The notes under the pieces: generated by a model | What the model was told of the DNA's origin: nothing | Database searches by the model: none | Seen by the model: only the letters and a program-made list of their open reading frames with translations | In this document: one piece after another, positions 18,446 to 26,585 of the stretch | How the letters are laid out: each line of letters opens with the position of its first letter | Position numbering within the stretch: position 1 is the first letter of the stretch | Made by a program: the position numbers and the translations under genes | Source: a plasmid | Direction: 5' to 3' (one strand) | Sequence record: NZ_CP118109.1 | Length of the DNA: 64,000 bases

Positions 18446-18743
18446 TCACCTCTTTTATAAATTTCTCAACAGAATCTGATGAGATATATGGAACAGCCTG
18501 GCTCAATTCATGAAGTTCTTCCCTGCTGTATCGGCCGATAATGCTGCACCCAACCATAAGATTATGGTTATGTATAAGAAAGTCAGATACTTCTTCGGGC
18601 ATTTTACCTGTTTCTTCGGTGCTTGTAATCAGCACATAGGGCTGCTGCATTCGAAGCGCAGGGCCGATCCTTACGGCATGCATTCCCGTTTTCTTAACGA
18701 AACTCTCTGCTTTGCCAGATAAAGAATAATAACTCAATAACAT
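18402..18743 (-). CDS. nrdI: NrdI flavodoxin-like protein
   Basis: MLLSYYSLSGKAESFVKKTG...PYVLITSTEETGKMPEEVSDFL parallels B. subtilis NrdI (IIFDSKTGNVQRFVNKTG...PFVLVTYTTNFGQVP). The ORF-track start at 18785 reads through the promoter palindrome. AAGGAAGG RBS upstream of the ATG at 18743. Confidence 0.8.
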   Translation of the reverse strand: MLLSYYSLSGKAESFVKKTGMHAVRIGPALRMQQPYVLITSTEETGKMPEEVSDFLIHNHNLMVGCSIIGRYSREELHELSQAVPYISSDSVEKFIKEVNEIERNTAKGYKAQ

Positions 18744-18756
18744 GTGAAACCTTCCT

Positions 18757-18776
18757 TTTTGTAACGCATTACATTT
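18757..18776 (-). promoter_or_regulatory. dyad TTTGTAACGCATTACATTTA immediately upstream of nrdI RBS
   Basis: Core TGTAACGCATTACA at 18760-18773, 17 nt upstream of the nrdI ATG at 18743. The -10 is less clear (GATAAA). Confidence 0.45.
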
Positions 18777-18880
18777 ATCGTGCAATAGTTATTGTATTCT
18801 ATATTTCTCTTCATTTAAAGTCTTGACATTCGAAAAACCCCAACATGTAGTGCTGAGGTCTTCCGAAATATACAAGGTTT

Positions 18881-19258
18881 CTACTTTTTCACAAGCTGTT
18901 CAAGGTATTCTCCTTCAGCATCACAAACTTCTCTGATTTGTTCCATTGCTACGGTTGATCCAATCGACCGCAGCTTCTTAAACACAAATAGATCACGTTC
19001 CTCTTCATTATAGACAGGATCGCCTTCTCCATCCTCGGGAGCATTTCTGACAAGTCCTTCAGTCAACTGAATCATTTCAATCTTAAGTACTTTTCCATCC
19101 ACGGAATGGTTGAATACCTCCAAGGCGCGAGTCAGGTACCCACCATAAAAATGATTGCTGAAAGTTTCTTCAGTAAGGGCGCCGATCTCATCGTACATTT
19201 CATCCATGTTCTTGATTTTCTTTAGATTACCCAAGTATTCTTCTAACACTGATTTCAT
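18881..19258 (-). CDS. hypothetical acidic protein
   Basis: 125-aa ORF. Confidence 0.5.
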   Translation of the reverse strand: MKSVLEEYLGNLKKIKNMDEMYDEIGALTEETFSNHFYGGYLTRALEVFNHSVDGKVLKIEMIQLTEGLVRNAPEDGEGDPVYNEEERDLFVFKKLRSIGSTVAMEQIREVCDAEGEYLEQLVKK

Positions 19259-19279
19259 CTAAACAACCTCGCTCTCTAC

Positions 19280-19759
19280 TTATTGGTATAGGTTTGCTAC
19301 AAAGATTCCGTCTTCATCAGTCGGACGAATGACATATCGCTTTGCTTCTGCCCCTTTTTCATTTATCCATTTCACAAGTCCAGCACTGAAGCATTTAAAA
19401 CCGCTACCTTTGTTGTTACCTTTTATAGCTCTAAGACGCATGCCGTCTTCTGATTTTCTTAGTACGATTTGACGAGGGCTGCCTCTGAATCCAATCTGAA
19501 CCTTGTCACCTTCTTTAATCCCTAGAAGTGCGCCAGCCTCTTTATTAATATGGATTCCTCCAGATTTTTGAAAACCAATGCTTGGATCTTTGACATTGAT
19601 ACTATTGGAATACCACTCAACTTCTTTGCTCGGAATATCGCTCATCTTGATACCATACCTTTCCGCTTCTTCGGGCGTCACTTGCCTAGTCTGCAATCCT
19701 TGCTGAAAAGGGAGTTTACCTGGATCGCTCGGATTTTTCCGCGGCCTGCCTCTTGTCAT
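19280..19759 (-). CDS. AbrB/MazE/SpoVT-family swapped-hairpin DNA-binding protein with N-terminal AT-hook-like GRPRK
   Basis: IHINKEAGALLGIKEGDKVQIGF resembles the AbrB/SpoVT core (IPKEIR..LGIKEGD.LEI). N-terminus MTRGRPRKNP. 159 aa. Confidence 0.5.
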   Translation of the reverse strand: MTRGRPRKNPSDPGKLPFQQGLQTRQVTPEEAERYGIKMSDIPSKEVEWYSNSINVKDPSIGFQKSGGIHINKEAGALLGIKEGDKVQIGFRGSPRQIVLRKSEDGMRLRAIKGNNKGSGFKCFSAGLVKWINEKGAEAKRYVIRPTDEDGIFVANLYQ

Positions 19760-19764
19760 AGTGA

Positions 19765-19887
19765 TTATTCCTCCTCTTCTTCCTCTTCAATATCCTCTTC
19801 ACGCTTCTGACAGTCTGGACAGAAGCTCTCATTGCAGCAGGGACAGCTAACAAAAAAAGACATGCAATCTTTGCAATACATATTCAT
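19765..19887 (-). CDS. small Cys-rich zinc-ribbon protein (40 aa), not in ORF track
   Basis: Translation MNMYCKDCMSFFVSCPCCNESFCPDCQKREEDIEEEEEEE. AAAGG RBS upstream. Stop is 5 nt before the start of the downstream 19280..19759 gene. Preceded by degenerate palindrome 19899-19914. Confidence 0.4.
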   Translation of the reverse strand: MNMYCKDCMSFFVSCPCCNESFCPDCQKREEDIEEEEEEE

Positions 19888-19898
19888 TCACCTTTCTT

Positions 19899-19914
19899 AA
19901 AATGTAATACATTT
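19899..19914 (-). promoter_or_regulatory. degenerate/short dyad AAAATGTAATACATTT upstream of the zinc-ribbon/AbrB-like unit
   Basis: Shares AAATGTAAT / ACATTT arms but lacks the central GCG. Immediately upstream of the RBS of small gene 19765..19887. Confidence 0.3.
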
Positions 19915-19927
19915 CATTTAGGTAATA

Positions 19928-20095
19928 TTATGAAGGAAGGTGGTCTTCCAGTATGTTGAGTATTTGTTCGGCGTACTTACTACTCCATCTTTTTGGATAA
20001 AAATAGTCATACATCTCTTTAATTTCTCTATTGGAAAGAGTTAGCTGATAAAAGGGTTTATCAAGCCCTTCTTTCTGAACGATTTTTACGTCCAA
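19928..20095 (-). CDS. possible small ORF (55 aa, TTG start)
   Basis: GAGGAGG RBS 7 nt upstream of TTG at 20095. No known motif. Confidence 0.2.
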   Translation of the reverse strand: MDVKIVQKEGLDKPFYQLTLSNREIKEMYDYFYPKRWSSKYAEQILNILEDHLPS

Positions 20096-20129
20096 CTGCC
20101 CGCCTCCTCAGAAAAAAATCGCTTAAAAC

Positions 20130-20165
20130 TAAAACTGCGTAAAATCTTAATTATACGCAGTTTTT
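20130..20165. terminator. bidirectional terminator hairpin
   Basis: 11-bp stem AAAACTGCGTA/TACGCAGTTTT flanked by A-run and T-run; immediately downstream of gene 20164..20455. Confidence 0.55.
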
Positions 20166-20455
20166 ATAGTTCGCTAAACGGCGTGACGTTCGTTATATGA
20201 ATTTTTCCATCTGAATCTATACGCTGTTCCAATGATATGTTTTCCAATCGACTACCTGGATAGACTATTGGAAACCTCTCATCTTTGGTCTTCACAGCGA
20301 ACCCGATGCAATCTGCATAGTATAAGCTTTCTGCGTGGCTTACTTGGACCTGCACACCCAACTTCTCACTTAAGATGTGAGATAGCAATTCGCGAGAGAT
20401 GGGGATTACCCCGCCTCGTGTTATCGGCAGGCTCTCTTTTCTCTTCTTTTCTCCC
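20164..20455 (-). CDS. hypothetical protein
   Basis: ORF 20164..20544 trimmed to the ATG at 20455 (MGEKKRK), which has a GGAAGAGG RBS 6 nt upstream. The upstream part is instead occupied by a small TM ORF in another frame. Confidence 0.45.
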
Positions 20456-20471
20456 ATATATACCTCTTCCT

Positions 20472-20636
20472 TTACCCCCAGATTTCTTTGAGACGAGCCG
20501 CAACTAATAGCAAATAAACAATCGTGAAAGCTAAAAAGACCCATTGAATTTTTAAATTGCGCTTACGGCTATCCCCATAAAAATGTGCACTAAGACTTAA
20601 AATTAAAATATTGACTGCAAGCATAATGTGATCCAT
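20472..20636 (-). CDS. possible small transmembrane protein (54 aa), not in ORF track
   Basis: AAGGAG RBS. Translation MDHIMLAVNILILSLSAHFYGDSRKRNLKIQWVFLAFTIVYLLLVAARLKEIWG. Its stop abuts the RBS of the 20455 gene. Confidence 0.35.
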   Translation of the reverse strand: MDHIMLAVNILILSLSAHFYGDSRKRNLKIQWVFLAFTIVYLLLVAARLKEIWG

Positions 20637-20651
20637 TTAATTAATTGCTCC

Positions 20652-20957
20652 TTAATATGGCGTTTGCTTGGTTGCATACCAGTCTGAGGCAAACAAATCC
20701 GCCTGAGCAGGAAGCCAGCCTGGCTGCCATTCATCCGTTTCGCCATTAAAAAATGCGATATACGGCTGCGAATTAAGAGGCGTATTTACACCAATATGTT
20801 TTGCTGTGCGATCGTTAACCTTCAAAAATGTACTAGCTGTACTAAAAGGCGGCAGATAAAGAGAAGGCATCATTACAATGAAGCTGCCAGGTGCCCAAGA
20901 ATCGCGTCTTAACTTTTCTTCTTTCTCTAAGAGCTCAAGTGCATGTCCGAATTTCAT
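20652..20957 (-). CDS. DUF2829-family protein (Thoeris anti-defense Tad2-like fold candidate)
   Basis: MKFGHALELLEKEEKLRRDSW...YIAFFNGETDEWQPGWLPAQADLFASDWY matches DUF2829 hallmarks (F..A...L..G....R..W near N-terminus; W.P...DL.A.DW at C-terminus). Start trimmed to the second ATG, which has a GGGGAAG RBS. Confidence 0.55.
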   Translation of the reverse strand: MKFGHALELLEKEEKLRRDSWAPGSFIVMMPSLYLPPFSTASTFLKVNDRTAKHIGVNTPLNSQPYIAFFNGETDEWQPGWLPAQADLFASDWYATKQTPY

Positions 20958-20982
20958 TTCTTCCCCTGCTTTCATTTAAACT

Positions 20983-21312
20983 TTACTTGATTTCTTTTTC
21001 GTATTGCGGATGACTGCTTCTGTAATGATCTATGAAGATGCTATCTGCAATTTGTATTGCATCCTTGACTGAATCCATCATTCGTCTCGTATCATGATCC
21101 TGCGGCATCTTTTTTAAGATGATTAAAGCATTCGCTAATTGATCAACCACGTTTTTATGAGCAATCGTAAAGTCAAAAGTATATTTTTCTATCAGCCCTT
21201 TTATTTCTTCGCTATTGTCATCAGCATCAACTTCCAAGATGACTTTGCCAGTTTCCACTTCGATTAGAGAGATGCGATCAACTACTTTTTTTGCTACAAC
21301 ATTTTTGTCCAT
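20983..21312 (-). CDS. hypothetical protein
   Basis: 109-aa ORF. Confidence 0.45.
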   Translation of the reverse strand: MDKNVVAKKVVDRISLIEVETGKVILEVDADDNSEEIKGLIEKYTFDFTIAHKNVVDQLANALIILKKMPQDHDTRRMMDSVKDAIQIADSIFIDHYRSSHPQYEKEIK

Positions 21313-21326
21313 TTAAATACAGCTCC

Positions 21327-21812
21327 TCAGTCTTTAAATTCAATGAAATTGAAGCGTGCAACCTTGTTGGCCATTGCCAATAAAAAAGCGGAATTTGTTG
21401 GCTTTGGTTCCAGCAACGGGGACGGAGATTGATCGGCCTCATGGCTTTCGACCATGCCAAGAATGGCATCAAAGATATTAGTCTGAAGATCTTTTTTCAG
21501 AGGTGCAAGGAAGGTGCGGACCATAACCGGATGAATACGACGATACGCATCGCCAGTTTCATTGAAGCACAGATCCTGAAGTAAAGCTCCTGCACGGAAT
21601 GCATCGGCTAGGCCTCGAATCTTGGACTCTTCCCCCAAGAAACCCATAAGTATGCGGTATACGTTCTTTGTATAAGTAACGAGCTCCTCATCATTGTAGA
21701 AGCTTTCTGGCGCCATAGATAATGCATTCTGAGTAAAACTTTGAATCTCAGGATCGTTAAATTGCTCCAATTCCTCTTTAAAAATAAGTACGGCTGGCTT
21801 TACTTCTGACAT
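21327..21812 (-). CDS. hypothetical protein
   Basis: ORF trimmed to the ATG at 21812 (MSEVKP...), which has an AAGGAGG RBS 8 nt upstream. Confidence 0.5.
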   Translation of the reverse strand: MSEVKPAVLIFKEELEQFNDPEIQSFTQNALSMAPESFYNDEELVTYTKNVYRILMGFLGEESKIRGLADAFRAGALLQDLCFNETGDAYRRIHPVMVRTFLAPLKKDLQTNIFDAILGMVESHEADQSPSPLLEPKPTNSAFLLAMANKVARFNFIEFKD

Positions 21813-21813
21813 G

Positions 21814-22035
21814 TTAGCGTCCTCCTTGATTTTCGCTTGCACATTTTACATGGCAATGATTTTTAATTTCCCAATCCAAATTTCTTCTCCAAGCTCCATT
21901 ATTTCCTCCTGGAGAATTGCTGCTTGGGGTTTTTACATTCATTCCGCAAAAGCGACAGTACACAGGTTGCTCAACGCTTTGATAAGATTGCTGGATCATA
22001 ATCTGCTCAAAGCTCATAGGGCTATTCTTTTTCAC
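21814..22035 (-). CDS. small zinc-ribbon protein (GTG start)
   Basis: CRFCGMNVK...HCHVKC Cys/His pairs. 73 aa. Confidence 0.4.
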   Translation of the reverse strand: MKKNSPMSFEQIMIQQSYQSVEQPVYCRFCGMNVKTPSSNSPGGNNGAWRRNLDWEIKNHCHVKCASENQGGR

Positions 22036-22195
22036 TAGGTCTTACCTCTGGCTCTTCAAGTTTCGGTGGCCTGATATATCTGCGATCGAATAGAATAATC
22101 GCGTTCCTAAGAGGACCCTCAGCATCATGAAGCCCCGAAATTGCGAGCATCTATGAGCAGTTGAATATAATCCATGTGTTCTTTTACTGTTAGAT

Positions 22196-22789
22196 TCATT
22201 TTGCGTTAACCTCCTTTAAAGAGAAGACGCCTAAATGGTCAGCATCTTTCAGGATGAATTTGCCTTGGGATTCGTTATTAACGAAGTACTCAAGCTTCTG
22301 CCCGATGAATGGGATCATCGTTGATGTATCAGCATCCGACTCTTCTTCGCTGCGTAAAATAACTTTGCCACCAGGCAAGATAATCTTGTGCACCCCGCTG
22401 TGGCCATCCTCGCAATGCACATCAAATAATTTGAAGTCAGTTCCATCCAAATCAACACGCTGCCTGCGGATCATCATGTTCAGAATCTTCTCGTTATGCT
22501 TTTCTGTATTGCAAATGGAGCCCTCTTCAAAGAGGATACAGCTGCGGCATTCGGAGTCAGAAGAATTGAAGTTTCTGCATTTAAAGCACAGCGGGCATTC
22601 GTGGAAACGAATGCACTCGCCGTACACTTGATGTCTTGGCATATTCAGCGGATCTTCTTTGGATAGTACCTTCCCTTTCGGTGCCTTAAAGCTTTCCTGC
22701 TTCATCATGCCAGCTTTGTATTGTTCCAGCATCTCTCTGCGATCGCTCTCTGTAAGGCCGCCTTGATAGGCTTTCTCCATAAAATCCAT
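22196..22789 (-). CDS. Cys-rich metal-binding protein (unknown function)
   Basis: Dense Cys cluster (CIRFHECPLCFKCRNFNSSDSECRSCILFEEGSIC). 197 aa. Confidence 0.5.
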   Translation of the reverse strand: MDFMEKAYQGGLTESDRREMLEQYKAGMMKQESFKAPKGKVLSKEDPLNMPRHQVYGECIRFHECPLCFKCRNFNSSDSECRSCILFEEGSICNTEKHNEKILNMMIRRQRVDLDGTDFKLFDVHCEDGHSGVHKIILPGGKVILRSEEESDADTSTMIPFIGQKLEYFVNNESQGKFILKDADHLGVFSLKEVNAK

Positions 22790-22804
22790 GAACTTAAATC
22801 CCCT

Positions 22805-23170
22805 TTATTCTTCGTTTTCTACAACAGGCTCTTCCGGATCTTCAACACCTAGGCGGAGCATGTCGTTTAGAGACAACATTGTTTTTTGGCTGGCTACATT
22901 AGGATCTTTTTCGATGGCTTTTTCAGCTTCATCGACTTTTTGCTCTAGCCAAACTCCTTCATTCATTTTGTCTTCAATGATCTCCCTAAGCTGCTTCAGC
23001 TTCATAGGGCGTTCGTCATCTTTATTCTTCTGAGGTGGATTAGAAGCCATATCTTTGTTTAAATCGTTGTACTCTTTTTGCAGCTTACGAGTCTCCATAT
23101 CCAGATCCGTAATCTTGTCTTTCATGATTGTCATAAGCTCTTCGGTTGTAAAATGTTTACCAATTAACAT
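22805..23170 (-). CDS. hypothetical coiled-coil protein
   Basis: 121 aa; charged, heptad-like composition. Confidence 0.5.
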   Translation of the reverse strand: MLIGKHFTTEELMTIMKDKITDLDMETRKLQKEYNDLNKDMASNPPQKNKDDERPMKLKQLREIIEDKMNEGVWLEQKVDEAEKAIEKDPNVASQKTMLSLNDMLRLGVEDPEEPVVENEE

Positions 23171-23181
23171 TGTGATTCTCC

Positions 23182-24933
23182 TTATTTGTAGAATTTAATG
23201 ACCAGGTTATCGAGGTAAACCGGAATACGATTTCCCCATTCAATTTGGGGATCATCCAATGTAAAAGTAACAGGCTCACTGGATGGAGATACGATAGATC
23301 CTGATTTTGCTGTAACCTGAATGCTGTATTCTTTGTCCTCAATCAGATTAGAAAGAATCGCCTCATTAACTCCTTCCACTTCTATCCCAAGGAATACTCC
23401 ACGGTTATAAATACGGAAGGTAGCATCTGGACCATCATAAGTCCATGTGAGCTTGACGGTGTTATCCTCTTGGATAATTGCCTGCAGGTCGCTTGGAGCC
23501 GGAAGTGACTCTTCTAGCGCCTGATACATTTCAACTTCATGAATGATCCAGGATTGATCCACCATGCGCGCTTCCCAAGCTTCCCCGGTATCAGGGAAGC
23601 TGACGATCGGTGAGGCAGCTACTAAGCGCCAGTATCTTGCTATGGCATTGACGCTTAGATCGATAGATACAAGTGGCTGACTGTGGGTGCTGACAGATTC
23701 AACATAAGTCCATGTGTTGCCATCTTCAGATGTTTCGATATCTATAAGGTCTACCCCACAATCCTCTGACTGCTTAAATGTAATGTTCCGCAGTCCGGTT
23801 GGCACCTTTAGATCAAAACCAATCCATGCCAGACCGTCTACGTTACCGGCTTGCACTGATCCCCAAGCTGTAGTTTCATTGTTATCAATTGCATTCTTGG
23901 CATCCCATTCACCAGCAATGCCAAGTCGATCCCCGCCGCTGAACACTTCAGATCCTTCAGTTAGATCGATATCTGTCGCAGCTGCCATCGTTTTAAATGC
24001 CATAGCGTTAATTTCGGCTTCCTGTGCAATCAGGTTGACGAACTGAATTGTTTGGCCGGCATTGTAATCCACGATAAATTGCTTGTTAAAATAAGTGATC
24101 GTGAGCTTGCCAGTGCCGTTGCCGGAGATTGTAAGCTTCGATGCAGGAACAAATGCATTATTATAATAGAACAAATCTGGAGTAAGTCTTGTTTCCAGAG
24201 GGATCTTAATAGCATTGTTGTAATCATCCCCTTCGTTCACATACACCATGTTCTCTTTTTGGAAGTCAAAGCGACCGACGCCATCAATATTTATCCAGAA
24301 GATTGAATTTCCTTTAGGAACTACATTGCGCGGAGCAATGTTCATCTCAACAGAGAAAGCAGTATAAGCATCGATTTCCTGCGGGAGGATCTGTTCGAAT
24401 CCTTTCAACTGATACATTAAGCGCTGACTATTATATTCAGCCGTTTCGGAGCTAAAGCCAATCGGGTACTCAGGTGTAGCAAACGTTGTATACACAAGCG
24501 TTTGTGTGAGCACTGGCGGCTGATACTCCTGTTCAAGGACGGCCAAGTTGTTTGCTTTCAGCTCTGCCTTATAGCTTGGAGTATCATGGTAAATGTCTTC
24601 TCCTAATGGGTTGGCAGCAGCCGTCTTACTAATTAGCCCTACAATCACATCTTGAGAGGCATTCTTATTGTTTTTCACATGGAAGACCCATTTGTTTTGC
24701 TCAGCAATTCGGATGCGCTGCAGATCAACGTCATGACTTGAATTACCGGCAGGAAATACGAAAGTGCCTGTCTTTGATTCTGTTCGAGCTTGTGTGTTAT
24801 CAATGAACTCAGTTACACGAGCAATAAAGACTAATTCAATGTCTCCATTATTTCTAGCTCGATAGCTTTGGACTTCGAATGAGTAATCAATGCGGTGTGA
24901 CTTTTCTTCATTAAAGAAGTAAGAGTATCTCAA
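23182..24933 (-). CDS. structural-type protein with discoidin-like (F5/8 type C) domain and C-terminal FN3-like region
   Basis: NAIDNNETTAWGS motif. Paralogous signature also in the 30698, 33875, 40935 and 42763 genes. 583 aa. Confidence 0.55.
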   Translation of the reverse strand: MRYSYFFNEEKSHRIDYSFEVQSYRARNNGDIELVFIARVTEFIDNTQARTESKTGTFVFPAGNSSHDVDLQRIRIAEQNKWVFHVKNNKNASQDVIVGLISKTAAANPLGEDIYHDTPSYKAELKANNLAVLEQEYQPPVLTQTLVYTTFATPEYPIGFSSETAEYNSQRLMYQLKGFEQILPQEIDAYTAFSVEMNIAPRNVVPKGNSIFWINIDGVGRFDFQKENMVYVNEGDDYNNAIKIPLETRLTPDLFYYNNAFVPASKLTISGNGTGKLTITYFNKQFIVDYNAGQTIQFVNLIAQEAEINAMAFKTMAAATDIDLTEGSEVFSGGDRLGIAGEWDAKNAIDNNETTAWGSVQAGNVDGLAWIGFDLKVPTGLRNITFKQSEDCGVDLIDIETSEDGNTWTYVESVSTHSQPLVSIDLSVNAIARYWRLVAASPIVSFPDTGEAWEARMVDQSWIIHEVEMYQALEESLPAPSDLQAIIQEDNTVKLTWTYDGPDATFRIYNRGVFLGIEVEGVNEAILSNLIEDKEYSIQVTAKSGSIVSPSSEPVTFTLDDPQIEWGNRIPVYLDNLVIKFYK

Positions 24934-25452
24934 TTAGTTCCCCTCCCGTATTAGGGTTATTTTTAGCTGAGAGCTGTCCTTCCAAGAGGTTAGGGATGTA
25001 CCGATAATAGATTCAACGCTGCCCCCTGGCTCGAATGTGAGCCCTTGTGATACTGGCTCAAATTCTACATTGTCTCGAAGGCCAAACAGGAGTGCAACAA
25101 AGCCTCCTTGTTCTATTTCGATTTCAGATAAAGCAACCATGTGAGCCTGGCTATCTTCTACCATTTCATGATTCCGCTCTTTCAAATGCTGCAAATACTT
25201 TTGAACGGTGAATTTCATGAGCTCCATACGGCTCAATCGGCTTGACGCTTTATCAGCCATCTCATCATTCTTCATAGCCCGCATGGTTTCCGCCTGATCA
25301 ACGACTTCCTCAGTTAGCTCGTCCAACTGCACCTCATAAAGCTTAATGGTTTCTTCTAGCCGAATCTTTTGGGAGATTTCTTCCTGTAGGTAAGTCCGGA
25401 GATAGTTCCGGTTCTGGTCTGGCGTGTTGGCCATGATCTTAATTTGATCCAA
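24934..25452 (-). CDS. hypothetical coiled-coil protein
   Basis: 172-aa ORF. Confidence 0.5.
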   Translation of the reverse strand: MDQIKIMANTPDQNRNYLRTYLQEEISQKIRLEETIKLYEVQLDELTEEVVDQAETMRAMKNDEMADKASSRLSRMELMKFTVQKYLQHLKERNHEMVEDSQAHMVALSEIEIEQGGFVALLFGLRDNVEFEPVSQGLTFEPGGSVESIIGTSLTSWKDSSQLKITLIREGN

Positions 25453-25464
25453 ATCAATTCCTCC

Positions 25465-26568
25465 TTAGTTTTGATAAATCTTAGAGGCGAATCGGCGCTG
25501 AGCTTCATCTTCCGCTTGGATAAACAGAGAGTAATCGGGAATAAAATTAAAGAACTTAGTACTCTTCATGGATGCGTGCTTATTCTTAGCGAACTTCACT
25601 TCCACGACAGGCATCTTCAAGTCTTCATCTTCATCGACCCAATAGATTTCAGCATTCTCTTCCTTGATGCCGACTTCGTTGTACATAAGGCAGACCATTG
25701 TTGCTTCATAACGAAGAGTGATTGTATCCTTCAGATCATCCTCTATCGGACGCTTGCCGTTCGTTTTACGCAAGTGAGCTGTACACATAACGACAACATC
25801 AAATCTTGTAGCCCAGCCTTTGATCGTTTTAGATACGTGAGCCGTCTTATCATCATTGTTGCTGAAGGTCTTGCTCTCTACTGTCAAGTCATTGAAGGAG
25901 TCAATTGCAATTACGATTCGAGTGCCTTCAGGCATCGTCATCTTAATATCCTTGATGTGCTCTTCAATGGCTTCAACGCTGGTCATATCATTGGAATCGA
26001 ACATGCCGAAGCGGTCTACTCTGCGATACAGGTTCTTGATTCCTTCATTACGCTTATTGATAATCTCTTCATCGTCTTCATACTTAGCTGGCGACTTTGC
26101 TTGGCCGATCGTGATTTGTTGATCGTTGGCAATATAGCGCGGCATAAGATCGTTATTGGCATCATCAAGCGAATGATACGAAACATAGACCTTTTCATTT
26201 CTCTCTGATATTCCTTTACATACTTGAAGCATGTAGGCGGATTTACCGACGTTTGGTGCAGCGGCAAATAAGATAAGCCCAGGCTGAGCCCCGCCTTCAA
26301 AGGCGTCATCGAATGATTGCAACCCTGAAATTAATCCCCCGTTTTTCCCTCTGGCCCATGAGTGAGCATCCATATTCATGATATTGCGGAGCATCTTTTC
26401 TTCGATTCTGTTTAACGGACGACCAAGTATTCCCTCGACATTTGTAACAATAACCTTTTTTCTCATTTCGGGCTCAAAGCCGAATGCATTTGGATCTTGC
26501 TGCATTTGTCTTTCAACTTGATGCATGATGTCCGTAAAACTAAATTGTCCTGGCTGTGTATTGCTCAT
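25465..26568 (-). CDS. replicative DNA helicase, DnaB-like RecA-fold ATPase
   Basis: Walker A AAPNVGKS. SLDDA (DnaB SLEM-like). Walker B IVIAIDSFNDL. The ORF-track start at 26727 is rejected because GGAAGGAG RBS lies 6 nt upstream of the ATG at 26568 (MSNTQPG...). Confidence 0.75.
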   Translation of the reverse strand: MSNTQPGQFSFTDIMHQVERQMQQDPNAFGFEPEMRKKVIVTNVEGILGRPLNRIEEKMLRNIMNMDAHSWARGKNGGLISGLQSFDDAFEGGAQPGLILFAAAPNVGKSAYMLQVCKGISERNEKVYVSYHSLDDANNDLMPRYIANDQQITIGQAKSPAKYEDDEEIINKRNEGIKNLYRRVDRFGMFDSNDMTSVEAIEEHIKDIKMTMPEGTRIVIAIDSFNDLTVESKTFSNNDDKTAHVSKTIKGWATRFDVVVMCTAHLRKTNGKRPIEDDLKDTITLRYEATMVCLMYNEVGIKEENAEIYWVDEDEDLKMPVVEVKFAKNKHASMKSTKFFNFIPDYSLFIQAEDEAQRRFASKIYQN

Positions 26569-26585
26569 AGCTGCTCCTTCCATAC

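Noticed and set aside
18744-18785. N-terminal extensions of the nrdI and SSAP ORFs containing the peptide KCNAL(Q/H) (also at 29726..29821)
   Set aside because: These peptides are translations of the palindromic promoter dyad. Strong RBSs precede internal ATGs (18743 and 29725), which give NrdI-like and Rad52-like N-termini.
22036-22195. Possible 28-aa minus-strand ORF (MMLRVLLGTRLFYSIADISGHRNLKSQR) in a 160-bp gap
   Set aside because: Weak RBS and no supporting features, so it is left unannotated.
25444-26208. 254-aa plus-strand ORF (the largest plus-strand ORF); the same applies to all other plus-strand ORFs in the track
   Set aside because: They lie entirely antisense to well-supported minus-strand genes (here the DnaB-like helicase), have no RBS, and have odd composition. 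They are treated as shadow ORFs.
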